A stretch of 32,000 nucleotides of DNA, taken from the NCBI GenBank assembly GCA_963699255.1, contig OY969425.1, positions 600,001-632,000 of the forward strand. Direction: 5' to 3'. This stretch comes from an uncultured bacterium (GTDB lineage Bacteria; Margulisbacteria; WOR-1; CAVSGV01). This document shows positions 7,154 to 16,640 of this stretch, one piece after another. Position numbers and translations under genes: made by a program. The notes under the pieces are model-generated. The model was not told the origin of the DNA and did no database searches. It saw only the letters and a list, made by a program, of their open reading frames with translations. Numbering within the stretch: the stretch's first letter is position 1; each line of letters starts with the position of its first letter.

Positions 7154-7167
7154 TGCCGCAATTTAAA

Positions 7168-8727
7168 ATGCCTTCTAAAGCACACGACCTAGTAGTTATC
7201 CTTGATTTCGGAGCTCAATACAGCCAGCTCATAGCCAGACGCGTGCGCGAGTGCAATGTCTACTCGGAGATACTTCCCTTCGATACTCCCCTTGAAGAGC
7301 TGAGGAAACGCAAAACAAAGGCGGTAATACTTTCCGGCGGCCCCTCAAGCGTTTACGATAAGGATGCTCCAAAGCCCGACCCGAAGGTATGGAACTCGGG
7401 CATACCAATGCTGGGAATATGCTATGGCGTCCAGCTCATGGCGGAGAACCTTGGCGGCAAAGTCTACCCGGGTTCCAAGAAGGAATACGGCAAGACGGAA
7501 CTGCTCATCGACGACAATTCCGACCTCTTCGCGGGCATGCTTACGAGCATGGATTGCTGGATGAGCCACGGCGACAAGGTAGCGCAGATGCCTCAGGGAT
7601 TTCGAAAACTGGCCCACTCCCTGAACACTGAATTCGCCGCCATCGGGAACGCGGAAAAGAGGATCTACGGAGTCCAATTCCATCCCGAGGTAGTCCACAC
7701 GCCGAAGGGAATAGAGATAATCAAGAACTTCGTCTACATCATCGCTGACTGCAAGCCAACATGGACCACAAAATCATTCATTGAAAAATCTGTGGCGGAA
7801 ATAAGGGCAGAGGTGGGCAAAGAGAATATCCTCTGCGCCCTTTCCGGCGGAGTTGATTCAACCACGGTGGCCGCCCTCGTGAAAGAAGCGGTGGCCGACC
7901 AGCTTTACTGCATGTTCATTGACCAGGGCTTCATGCGAAGGAATGAGCCGCAAAAGATCAATGAGGTCTTCACGAAAAGGTTCAAGATAAAGAATTTCAT
8001 ATATATCGACGCCTCAGAGAGGTTCTTCGCGAAATTGAAGGGGGTCACGGACCCCGAACAGAAAAGAAAGCTGATCGGTACGGAATTCATCAGGACATTC
8101 GAGGAGGAAGCCAAGAAACTGGGTGCTATGCCCTATCTTGCGCAGGGAACCCTATATCCTGATGTGATAGAGAGCGCGGTCCCCGGAATTTCTTCCAAAG
8201 CGGCCACGATGATAAAGACCCATCACAATGTGGGAGGCCTGCCGAAGGACATCAAATTCAAGCTGATCGAACCCCTGAAACAGCTGTTCAAAGACGAAGT
8301 GAGGATCCTCGGAAGAGAACTTGGAGTGCCCGATGAGATAGTTTCAAGGCAGCCGTTCCCGGGCCCCGGCCTCGCGATCAGGATCATAGGCGAAGTAACA
8401 AAGGAAAGGGTGGACATTCTGCAGAGAGCCGATGAGATAGTCATGGATGAGATAAGGGACGCGGATTATTACAAGAAGCTCTGGCAGTCGTTCGCGGTGC
8501 TACTTCCTATCAGGACGGTCGGCGTTATGGGGGATAAGAGGACTTACCTGAACACCATCGCGCTCAGGGCCGTAACCTCCGTTGACGCGATGACCGCTGA
8601 CTGGGCAAAACTCCCTTATGAGCTTCTTGAAAGGATATCGAACCGGATAGTGAATGAGCTGCCCGAGGTCAACAGGGTCGTCTACGATATTTCCTCAAAG
8701 CCCCCGTCAACGATCGAGTGGGAATAA
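7168..8727 (+). CDS. guaA: GMP synthase (glutamine-hydrolysing)
   Basis: GATase domain [20 protein letters not shown]...GICYG, the ATP-PPase motif [12 protein letters not shown], and C-terminal ...PPSTIEWE. Start at ATG 7168 (MPSKAHD); the ORF-track TTG at 7126 coincides with the -35 box. Confidence 0.96.
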   Translation: MPSKAHDLVVILDFGAQYSQLIARRVRECNVYSEILPFDTPLEELRKRKTKAVILSGGPSSVYDKDAPKPDPKVWNSGIPMLGICYGVQLMAENLGGKVYPGSKKEYGKTELLIDDNSDLFAGMLTSMDCWMSHGDKVAQMPQGFRKLAHSLNTEFAAIGNAEKRIYGVQFHPEVVHTPKGIEIIKNFVYIIADCKPTWTTKSFIEKSVAEIRAEVGKENILCALSGGVDSTTVAALVKEAVADQLYCMFIDQGFMRRNEPQKINEVFTKRFKIKNFIYIDASERFFAKLKGVTDPEQKRKLIGTEFIRTFEEEAKKLGAMPYLAQGTLYPDVIESAVPGISSKAATMIKTHHNVGGLPKDIKFKLIEPLKQLFKDEVRILGRELGVPDEIVSRQPFPGPGLAIRIIGEVTKERVDILQRADEIVMDEIRDADYYKKLWQSFAVLLPIRTVGVMGDKRTYLNTIALRAVTSVDAMTADWAKLPYELLERISNRIVNELPEVNRVVYDISSKPPSTIEWE

Positions 8728-8734
8728 AACCCAG

Positions 8735-8835
8735 CAAATTAACAATTTCATAATTAACAACATAGTGTCGCCTTCGGCGACATATTATAATAATCTTTCC
8801 TTGTTGTTCATTGTGTCATTGTTCATTGTTAATTC
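8735..8835. repeat. AT-rich strand-asymmetric long palindrome E1 (convergent guaA/mltG ends)
   Basis: G-free left arm (8735-8764). The right arm is built from TCATTGT words. Perfect 10-bp terminal inverted repeat AATTAACAAT (8737-8746) / ATTGTTAATT (8825-8834). 8807-8834 is nearly identical to 16915-16942. Confidence 0.75.
8766..8782. terminator. Central GC hairpin of E1, likely a bidirectional intrinsic terminator
   Basis: TGTCGCC-TTC-GGCGACA (7-bp stem) flanked by A/T-rich tracts on both sides, between convergent genes. Confidence 0.6.
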
Positions 8836-10019
8836 TTCCTGAATATCTTCCTGATCCTGTCATTTCGAGTCTGCAGCTGCGCTGACTGATGTTCGGCCAG
8901 TGTCTTTGTGAATATATGCGACCCGTCGGCTCTCGCAACAAAATAGAGATAATCGCTGTTCGCGGGGAACATGGCCGCTTTGACCGAAGACAGACCCGGA
9001 TTGCAGATAGGCCCCGGAGGAAGGCCGTAATGCCTGTAGGTATTATAAGGGGATTCTATCTTCAGGTCGTCGTAGCTCACGATCTTCCCGGGCCGCTCAA
9101 GAGCATACTTAATGGTGGGATCCGCTCCGAGACGCATCCTGATCCGCAGCCTGTTGTGAAAAACGGAAGATATCATCGGCCTTTCGCCAGGCATCTCAGC
9201 TTCTTTCTCTATTATTGAGGCGAGCGTGAGAATATCATGCAAGCTTAGCTTAACCTTCATCTTTCTGTAATTTTTTCTCCAGTATGGCATGACCACATTA
9301 TTGAACCTGTTCAGCATAAGACCGGCCATCTGTTCCGTGTTGATGTTCGAAGGGACCAGATAAGTGTCGGGGAATAAATACCCTTCGAGCGAATCGGTCG
9401 GGATGTCCATCAGAAAACCATATTTTAACAGCAAAGAGCTTGTCAGAGCGTTCCTCGCAAGCCCCTGGAACGAAATGCCGTCCCCCACACCCTCCTTTTC
9501 CATGAACCGGCCCATTTTGTATATCGATAATCCCTCCGGAAATACAAGCTTCACAAGCATCGGCGGGATTATCTCGCCCCTGCTTATCTTAGAGACGATC
9601 CTGATAAGCGACATGTTCGGGGTGAATTCATAAGTGCCGGCCTGCATCCTGTTCTGGAGCCGGAAGATGTTCACTATCATATTGAAGCCGTACCTGCCCT
9701 CAACGATGCCGCGCGATTCAAGAAGTTCGGCGACCTGATTCGCGCCGTATCCTTTTGGAATATTTATGACATAGAGTGTTCTGTCGAACCTGTTACCCAC
9801 CTGAAAAAAAACGCACGCGATAGTAAGCGGAAATATCAAGAGCATTATTACGATGGTTTTGCCTATTCCCTTTTGCAAAAAAAGTGTCAGGTCCCTTTTC
9901 AGCGGCCTGTAAACATATTTGACGAACCACCTCAGGAACATCCTCAAACCGGTCATGAACCGCCTGAGATACCTCCTGATGATCGGATGCTCATATATAT
10001 GGCGTAAAGTTTTTTTCAT
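8829..10019 (-). CDS. mltG: Endolytic murein transglycosylase MltG (YceG-like)
   Basis: 396 aa with an N-terminal TM segment and YceG motifs YEFTPNMSL, FPEGLSIY, YLFPDTY, LASIIEKEA and YNTY..GLPPGPICNPG. It overlaps ruvX by 4 nt. Confidence 0.9.
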   Translation of the reverse strand: MKKTLRHIYEHPIIRRYLRRFMTGLRMFLRWFVKYVYRPLKRDLTLFLQKGIGKTIVIMLLIFPLTIACVFFQVGNRFDRTLYVINIPKGYGANQVAELLESRGIVEGRYGFNMIVNIFRLQNRMQAGTYEFTPNMSLIRIVSKISRGEIIPPMLVKLVFPEGLSIYKMGRFMEKEGVGDGISFQGLARNALTSSLLLKYGFLMDIPTDSLEGYLFPDTYLVPSNINTEQMAGLMLNRFNNVVMPYWRKNYRKMKVKLSLHDILTLASIIEKEAEMPGERPMISSVFHNRLRIRMRLGADPTIKYALERPGKIVSYDDLKIESPYNTYRHYGLPPGPICNPGLSSVKAAMFPANSDYLYFVARADGSHIFTKTLAEHQSAQLQTRNDRIRKIFRKN

Positions 10020-10423
10020 GGTTTATGCGAATCGATATAGCTTTGCAGCATTATTCCGGCAGCCGCGGCATCGCTGAAGCCTTTCATTTTTTTCCTGGAA
10101 GCGCCGCCGGCCGTCATAGAGACCTGCGCCATCTTTGTGGTCAACCTCTCATCCCATAAAGTGACCTTTACGGGGATCTCGCTGACTATCTTTTTGCTGA
10201 AATCCTTTACCTTTTCAGCCGCTATGCCCAGTTCGCCGTTCATCTGTTTGGGCAGCCCCAGTATTATCTCCCCCGCATCATACTGATCTATAATCTCTTT
10301 CAGTCTGTCAAGGAATTTACCGTTGTTTTCGATGCTGAATAACGGGAGAGCCGATATTCCCAGCGGATCTGAAACGGCCACGCCTATCCTTGCTCCGCCC
10401 CAATCTAGTCCGATCAGCCTCAT
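10016..10423 (-). CDS. ruvX: Holliday-junction-resolvase-like nuclease RuvX/YqgF
   Basis: 135 aa with MRLIGLDWGGARIGVAVSD...DERLTT, the YqgF signature. This is the canonical alaS-ruvX-mltG order. Confidence 0.9.
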   Translation of the reverse strand: MRLIGLDWGGARIGVAVSDPLGISALPLFSIENNGKFLDRLKEIIDQYDAGEIILGLPKQMNGELGIAAEKVKDFSKKIVSEIPVKVTLWDERLTTKMAQVSMTAGGASRKKMKGFSDAAAAGIMLQSYIDSHKP

Positions 10424-13119
10424 AATTTCACTTTGACAGCCTCGACTATCAGATCGAACACCAGAGGGATCTTTGAGCTGTCCCGTCCGCCCGCTTCCGC
10501 GATGTTATTTTTCCCTCCTCCGCCCCCTCCGAGCAATTCGGCGACATCCTTTACCAAAGCCGCCGCATCAAGCCCCTTGGCTACCATGTCCGGCGAAATG
10601 GAGAGTATCAATATCACCCTGTTCCCCAGGACAGAGAAGAGCACGGCGACAAAAGAATTCATTTTGACCTTTACTATATCGGAGATCTTTCTCAGCATCT
10701 CGGCATCATAATGCCGGAACTCACAAAGAATGATCTTTGACTCTTTAATATCCACGGATCTTTTAATGTAGTTGTTGAAATTCTCGGAAATAAAAGCCAG
10801 ATTCTCTACCTCAAGTTCGCCCTCCAGCCCCTGGATCCGCTCGGCAAGCCCGGCGTTTTTCTTCTTGAAATCCTCAAGCATCCTGTTGATCAGGAAAATA
10901 TTCCCCTGTGTTAACGATTTCTTAAGGGATTCCATTTCATCGGATGTGACCCTGAAGAACTGATAATACGTCTCGGGTTTACCCTCAAGAAATTCCCTTT
11001 TCAGCTCCAGAGCCTCGTATCTGCTGAACATCTGCTTGTTCTTTTCCCATTCAGAACGCCCCTGATCCAGAATGTGCTGTTTAGCCGCCTCCCCTGCTTT
11101 AGCCTCTATCCTTCTTACCCCGTAAGAGACCGAACTCTCCGCCGTGATCGTAAAGAACGATATCTCCGAGGTGTTCTTGACATGCGTGCCGCCGCATAGC
11201 TCCAGGGAGAAATTCCCGATCTTTATCATTCTCACCCTTTCCCCGTATTTCTCGCCAAAAAACATTAAAGCGTCCTTCTTTTTTGCTTCGTCAAGGGAAC
11301 ACTCCGTCACTTCCACCTTTAGCTTTTCCTTTATAAGTTCGTTCACGCGCCGCTCTATTCTTTCCATATCGTCTTTTGATATGCCCCCAAAATGATTGAA
11401 ATCGAACCTGAATCCCTCGGAGGAGACAAATGAACCGGCTTGTTTCAGACCCTTGCCATACAGCTCCCTCAGTGTCGAATGCAGCAGGTGCGTCGCGGTG
11501 TGATGGATCGACGCCAGCTTTCTTTTGTCCGTATCTATCACTGCCTTGACCCCTGCATTAAGCTCCAGCCCTTTGACGCTCTTGACCTTGTGGGCGATAA
11601 CCCCTTTGATATGTCCGTAAGTGCCCACAACGGCATATTCTTTCTTCCCCAGGAACAGCTTTCCGGTATCCCCAACCTGCCCTCCGCCCTCGGGATAAAA
11701 AACGGTCTTATCAAGCACCACCAGCCGCTCTCCATCATCTATGTGGATGATCTTTGCGGATGTTGTGTATGAATTGTATCCGATGAAATTGGTAGGATGA
11801 AGGTTGCTAAGTTTCTGCATGGATTGCTTTGCTTCCGCCGCGATCCCGGAAGCCCTGCCGTGACGCCTCTGCTCTTCCATCAGGAGACTGAACCCCTGTT
11901 CGTCTATCGTTATTCCTGACTCGGATGCTATCTCACGCGTCAGCTCAACGGGGAAGCCGTAAGTATCATGGAGCAAAAATATTTCATTTCCCGGTATGGT
12001 CTTTATGCCGCTTTTTATAAGATCGCTTAAGATGTCTATCCCCTGCTCCAGGGTGTTCCCGAAGTGCTCCTCTTCGGTCTTTATTGTTGCGGAAATCGAC
12101 TTTATCTCTTTTGTCAGCTCGGTATAAAAATCGCCGTTGATCTCAGCAACTTCCGCTGCCAGCTTGAATAAGAACGGTTCTTTTATTCCAAGAAGCCTGC
12201 CGTGGCGCACCGCCCTTCTTATGATGCGGCGCAGGACATATCCTCTCCCGTCATTTGAAGGCAGCACGCCGTCAGCGATCAGATGCGTTATCGCTCTTAT
12301 ATGGTCGGCGATGATCTTTTTTGATTCTGAGTGCTCACCGTCTTTGCACTTCGCGATCTCATTGATGCTGTTCAGTATCGGCACAAAAAGATCGGTCTCA
12401 AAATTGGACGGAACGCCCTGCAGGACGGACGCTATCCTCTCAAGCCCCATGCCCGTGTCTATGTTCTTTGACGGAAGTTCTATCAGCTGACCTTTGTCAT
12501 TCCTGTTATATTCAACAAAGACCAGATTCCACAGCTCCAGGAACCTGTCGCAATCGCATCCCGGAGCGCACCCCGGCTTGCCGCAGCCTCTTTCCTTCCC
12601 CAGATCATAATAGATCTCGGAACACGGCCCGCAAGGCCCCGTTGGTCCCGCCGCCCAGAAGTTGTTTTCTTCGCCAAGCCTGTAGATGTTCTTATCGGAG
12701 ATGCCGATATCCTCGTTCCAGATCTTGAATGCCTCATCATCTTTTTCAAAAATAGCGATCAAAAGCTTATCTTCCTTCAACAGTAATTCCTTGGTTAAAA
12801 ACTCCCAAGCAAAGTTTATGGCATCCTTCTTGAAATAATCCCCGAAGGAGAAATTTCCCAGCATCTCGAAAAAAGTGTGATGCCTTGCTGTCTTTCCGAC
12901 CCGCTCTATATCATTCATCCTTATGCATTTTTGGACAGTTGTGACCTTTTTATACTTTGCCTTCTCAGTCCCGAGAAAAATAGGTTTGAACTGAAGCATG
13001 CCAGCAAGGGTCAGAAGCACTGTTGGATCCGTCGGGATAAGGGACGAACCCGGAAGCACTTTGTGCCCTTTCCCCTCAAAATATCTAAGGAACTTATTTC
13101 TTATTTCCGAGCTTTTCAT
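10420..13119 (-). CDS. alaS: Alanine--tRNA ligase
   Basis: 899 aa with MKSSEIRNKFLRYFEGKGH, FFEMLGNFSFGDYFK, editing-domain HTATHLLH and a C-terminal DHHA1-like GGGGGK. Confidence 0.97.
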   Translation of the reverse strand: MKSSEIRNKFLRYFEGKGHKVLPGSSLIPTDPTVLLTLAGMLQFKPIFLGTEKAKYKKVTTVQKCIRMNDIERVGKTARHHTFFEMLGNFSFGDYFKKDAINFAWEFLTKELLLKEDKLLIAIFEKDDEAFKIWNEDIGISDKNIYRLGEENNFWAAGPTGPCGPCSEIYYDLGKERGCGKPGCAPGCDCDRFLELWNLVFVEYNRNDKGQLIELPSKNIDTGMGLERIASVLQGVPSNFETDLFVPILNSINEIAKCKDGEHSESKKIIADHIRAITHLIADGVLPSNDGRGYVLRRIIRRAVRHGRLLGIKEPFLFKLAAEVAEINGDFYTELTKEIKSISATIKTEEEHFGNTLEQGIDILSDLIKSGIKTIPGNEIFLLHDTYGFPVELTREIASESGITIDEQGFSLLMEEQRRHGRASGIAAEAKQSMQKLSNLHPTNFIGYNSYTTSAKIIHIDDGERLVVLDKTVFYPEGGGQVGDTGKLFLGKKEYAVVGTYGHIKGVIAHKVKSVKGLELNAGVKAVIDTDKRKLASIHHTATHLLHSTLRELYGKGLKQAGSFVSSEGFRFDFNHFGGISKDDMERIERRVNELIKEKLKVEVTECSLDEAKKKDALMFFGEKYGERVRMIKIGNFSLELCGGTHVKNTSEISFFTITAESSVSYGVRRIEAKAGEAAKQHILDQGRSEWEKNKQMFSRYEALELKREFLEGKPETYYQFFRVTSDEMESLKKSLTQGNIFLINRMLEDFKKKNAGLAERIQGLEGELEVENLAFISENFNNYIKRSVDIKESKIILCEFRHYDAEMLRKISDIVKVKMNSFVAVLFSVLGNRVILILSISPDMVAKGLDAAALVKDVAELLGGGGGGKNNIAEAGGRDSSKIPLVFDLIVEAVKVKL

Positions 13120-13711
13120 CCGTTATCCTTCTGATCATATCCTGCGCTTTTTCTATGGCACCGCTCGTGGATATTATCTTTACACGCTTTGGTTCAAGTT
13201 TTGCTATCCTCAGATACGCGTTCCTCACTCTCTCATGGAATCCGTTGTTTTCCGACTCAAATTTGTCCTTTTTTGATCGTCTTGTCCCTCTGGGTATCCC
13301 GGTCTTTGGAGGAATATCCAGCAAGAAGGTCAGGTCAGGCGCCAAGCCGTCTGAAGATATCCTGTTCATCTGGCCCACCAGATCAAGGGGAAGCTTTCTT
13401 CCCGCGATCTGATACGCGGTGGTCGAATCGATGAACCTGTCAGAGATCACGATATTGCCCGCTTTAAGGCCCGGCCTTATGACGCTTGCGACGTGCTCGG
13501 CCCTGTCCGCCGCAAAAAGAAGCAACTCGGAATACCTGGAGGCAAGCCGCTCTCCCTTAAGAAGGATCTGTCTCAGCTTTTTCCCGATCCCGGTCCCTCC
13601 GGGCTCAAGCGTATGAACGACCCTGTATCCTTTGCCCGTCAAATATTCTTTCAGGAGCCTTGCGTGGGTCGATTTTCCGCAACCTTCTCCGCCCTCAAAA
13701 GTTATGAACAT
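13094..13711 (-). CDS. tmk: dTMP (thymidylate) kinase
   Basis: 205 aa with the P-loop FITFEGGEGCGKST and the DRF motif (VISDRFIDST). Its 3' end overlaps the alaS start by 26 nt. Confidence 0.93.
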   Translation of the reverse strand: MFITFEGGEGCGKSTHARLLKEYLTGKGYRVVHTLEPGGTGIGKKLRQILLKGERLASRYSELLLFAADRAEHVASVIRPGLKAGNIVISDRFIDSTTAYQIAGRKLPLDLVGQMNRISSDGLAPDLTFLLDIPPKTGIPRGTRRSKKDKFESENNGFHERVRNAYLRIAKLEPKRVKIISTSGAIEKAQDMIRRITDEKLGNKK

Positions 13712-13714
13712 TTT

Positions 13715-15283
13715 TCACCTTGTTATCAGACTTACTCCGAACATTAATTGTTGCATAGCAGTGTTATATTTTATGTCAATAGAATAACAATGGAAACCCA
13801 GAGATAACGTATAGATCAGCTCTTTTGGTTCCCAATCAGGAACATAATATGAATAATCAACACTTATCCTGTTAGGCCCGAAATTATACCCTAAACCGGA
13901 ATAAAATTCATCAGAAGGGGTTGTCAGATACGCCTCATACTGGAAAGGGCTTCCGCCGACAAAGTTTATGTAATGCATTTGTCCCACATATCCATCAATT
14001 CCGCTGCCAAAGTCATGTGAAAAATTTAAGTGCTGGATCAATCTGGACCAATAGCCCGTCGATCCATACCAGGACTGGTTCTGTTCCAAACCCGCGTACA
14101 ATCTGCCAAAGTCCGTGGGAATATTGAAATATCCTCTTGTCTGTATGTTCCCCGTGCTGTCGCCTGTCCCGGTGGTTTCTTCGGTAATATAGCCGTAAGA
14201 AACAGATCCACCGACGTTAAAGTACTTAAAAAATGCAGGGACATCATTAAGTTGTAAAGTAAAATCGGGCAGCATACTGACCCTTTGAAAATTTATTTCT
14301 TCATTATATGAAATATTCGTGGTCAGAGTGAACATCAAATTCTTTTTTATCTTAAAAAAAGAATATAAGGGAGCTACATCCTGACCTGTTTCAGGCCCGA
14401 ACCGGTAAGAATGAGTAATGCCGCCAAAGCCGTTATATCTCGGATCGTAATAGATCCTGAAACTGGTGTCATTATAATCATCGGCCAGGTAATCGCCTTC
14501 AAGGCCGCCGCCAAGGCCTCCCTTTGCGGTGTTCAATAATACCACTCTCCCGTTAAGTTTTCTGTTGGCTATCCAGGGAACCTTATACCGGACATAAAAT
14601 CCGTCCTCGTCGTTCGACCCCATTTGCGGAACTGACATTACACTGGTCGCGTCGGATTTCTGCCCCATGCCGTACGCGCTCAGGTCATATAAATATACGG
14701 GAACAGGCAGGACTGGCACACCGCCGACCCAGAGGTATCCAAGATACCCCAGCACCCATCCTTCATCGGGGTATAAAGTGGTCGTATATGAAGAAACGTG
14801 ATAATGAGGCGGTTCAAGCCCGCACATGTTGAACGAGGAATTTTTCAGCTCGATCTTTTCTTCGTCGATAAACGCGAAGTCGCCGGATAGAACGGCATAT
14901 TTATACGCGATCTTCACGTTCTTGGTAAGCCCGGTTTTGGTCTTAAAGCTGTAGTCCAGATATTCACCGCTCAACTTCGCGCCTTTTTTTATCCGCATTA
15001 CGAAGTTTTTGTCGGCCATCACCTGCTTATTTTCTATATAATAAATGACATGGCCGGCACTGATCTCAATGTCCGGAGATACGACCTCTACTGAGCCGGA
15101 AGCTTCCATGGAGGTCCCGTCCTCGCTGTAAGAGAGCGTGTCCGCCGTTATCACGACATCTCCGTTCACCTGGGCATATGAGAAGTGAGTAAAAGCAAGG
15201 AGAATTAGCGGGGCAAATAAAAAAGATTTACCCCAACCGAAGTGTTGGGGTAAACTCCAACACCCTGGTTGGAGGTTACGCAA
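13715..15283 (-). CDS. LptD/OstA-like outer-membrane protein (short form)
   Basis: 522 aa. Signal-peptide-like FLFAPLILLAFTHFSYAQ, then an OstA-N-like pattern (VITADTLSYSEDG..ASGSVEV....ISAGHVIYY....ADKNFV), then a long Gly/Tyr-rich beta-barrel-like region. The only in-frame start is TTG at 15283, and the first 17 codons are encoded by the hairpin repeats. Confidence 0.55.
   Translation of the reverse strand: MRNLQPGCWSLPQHFGWGKSFLFAPLILLAFTHFSYAQVNGDVVITADTLSYSEDGTSMEASGSVEVVSPDIEISAGHVIYYIENKQVMADKNFVMRIKKGAKLSGEYLDYSFKTKTGLTKNVKIAYKYAVLSGDFAFIDEEKIELKNSSFNMCGLEPPHYHVSSYTTTLYPDEGWVLGYLGYLWVGGVPVLPVPVYLYDLSAYGMGQKSDATSVMSVPQMGSNDEDGFYVRYKVPWIANRKLNGRVVLLNTAKGGLGGGLEGDYLADDYNDTSFRIYYDPRYNGFGGITHSYRFGPETGQDVAPLYSFFKIKKNLMFTLTTNISYNEEINFQRVSMLPDFTLQLNDVPAFFKYFNVGGSVSYGYITEETTGTGDSTGNIQTRGYFNIPTDFGRLYAGLEQNQSWYGSTGYWSRLIQHLNFSHDFGSGIDGYVGQMHYINFVGGSPFQYEAYLTTPSDEFYSGLGYNFGPNRISVDYSYYVPDWEPKELIYTLSLGFHCYSIDIKYNTAMQQLMFGVSLITR
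15231..15274. repeat. Two tandem CCCCAAC/GTTGGGG-type hairpins at the dnaB/lptD-like junction
   Basis: CCCCAAC-cgaagt-GTTGGGG (15231-15250), TAAA, then CTCCAAC-accctg-GTTGGAG (15255-15274). Related to 29871-29890. Confidence 0.75.
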
Positions 15284-16613
15284 CCTGTTCGTACCTGGAC
15301 TCCTTGCTGAAGAATTTTGCGATCTCTTTCTTGAATACCAGTTCTACCGTGCCAACAGGGCCGTTTCGCTGCTTGGCGATTATTATCTCCGCAATGTTCC
15401 CTTTTTCAGAAGCGGGATTGTAGTAATCCTCCCTGTGGATGAATATCACGACATCCGCCGTCTGTTCGATCTCTCCGGACTCCCTGAGGTCGGAGAGTCT
15501 GGGGATCCGATCGTTGCGCTGTTCCACCGCACGGGAGAGCTGGGACAGCGCGATGACCGGGATATCCAGTTCCCTTGCCAGCGTCTTGAGCGATCTAGCT
15601 ATTTCCGATATCTCCTGAACACGGTTCTCGACCCTGGAGCGGCCGCTCATCAGCTGCATGTAATCAATTATCACGAGGGCAAGCCCGCGTTCAGCCTTCA
15701 ATCTCCTTGCCTTTGCCCTTATCTCCATGGCCGTGATGGAGGCGCTGTCATCAAGGAACAGCGGCGCTTCCGAAAGCCTGGAAAGTGCTTTCGTGAGCTT
15801 CTTCCATCCGGTGTCCGGAAGGCTTGCCGTATTCAGCCTGTTCTGGTCTATCTCCGCCTCCGAGCAGAGGATCCTTCGCGCGAGCTGCTCCTTCGACATC
15901 TCCAGACTGAAAACCGCTACAGGCAGCTTATGCTTGATAGAAACGCTCTGGGCAATATTGAGCACCAGGGCGGTCTTGCCGACGGACGGCCTTGCGGCTA
16001 TGATTATCAGGTCGGCATTCTGGAACCCGGCCGTCAGATTATCCAGGTCCTGGAAACCCGACGGTATGCCCGTAAGGGTCTCGTGCTTTTCATACAGCTT
16101 ATCGATCCTCTCAAGCACTTTTTTCACGACGCTGTCGATCTTGTAAAAGCCTTCCCTGACCCTCTTAAGCGCGATGTTGAAAATATTCTTTTCTGCGGAA
16201 TCAAGGATCGAATCCACATCGTCCGGCTCTTCGAACGCGTCCTGCACTATCTTTGTGCCCGCATCTATGAGCCGCCGCAGGGTCGCTTTTTCTTCCACTA
16301 TCTTCGCATAGTGATCCACGTTGGCGGACGTAGGAACGGAATTGATCAGGTCCGCGATGTAAACGGACCCCCCCACGGCGTCAAGTTTCCCCTCATTCCT
16401 CAATATTTCGGATACCGTGATCGAATCTACCGGTTCTCCAAGCTCGAAGAGTTTCAGCATCGCCTCATAAATATACCTGTGCGCATCGCGGTAGAACGAA
16501 TCAGGACTTAATATCTCTATGACCCGTAGGATCGCATTCTTGTCAATAAGGATAGAACCGAGCACAGATTGCTCGGCAACCAGATTTTGAGGGGGGATCT
16601 TTTCTTTTTCCAT
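15276..16613 (-). CDS. dnaB: Replicative DNA helicase DnaB
   Basis: 445 aa with N-terminal PPQNLVAEQSVLGSIL, Walker A AARPSVGKTALVLN, then IIDYMQLM and SQLSRAVEQR. Confidence 0.97.
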   Translation of the reverse strand: MEKEKIPPQNLVAEQSVLGSILIDKNAILRVIEILSPDSFYRDAHRYIYEAMLKLFELGEPVDSITVSEILRNEGKLDAVGGSVYIADLINSVPTSANVDHYAKIVEEKATLRRLIDAGTKIVQDAFEEPDDVDSILDSAEKNIFNIALKRVREGFYKIDSVVKKVLERIDKLYEKHETLTGIPSGFQDLDNLTAGFQNADLIIIAARPSVGKTALVLNIAQSVSIKHKLPVAVFSLEMSKEQLARRILCSEAEIDQNRLNTASLPDTGWKKLTKALSRLSEAPLFLDDSASITAMEIRAKARRLKAERGLALVIIDYMQLMSGRSRVENRVQEISEIARSLKTLARELDIPVIALSQLSRAVEQRNDRIPRLSDLRESGEIEQTADVVIFIHREDYYNPASEKGNIAEIIIAKQRNGPVGTVELVFKKEIAKFFSKESRYEQVA

Positions 16614-16640
16614 AAATTACAAGGCCTTAATTACAAGCCC

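Noticed and set aside
13094-13119. A T-box or other leader regulating alaS
   Set aside because: There is no intergenic space, because the tmk coding sequence overlaps the alaS start by 26 nt. alaS is therefore expressed as an internal operon gene here.
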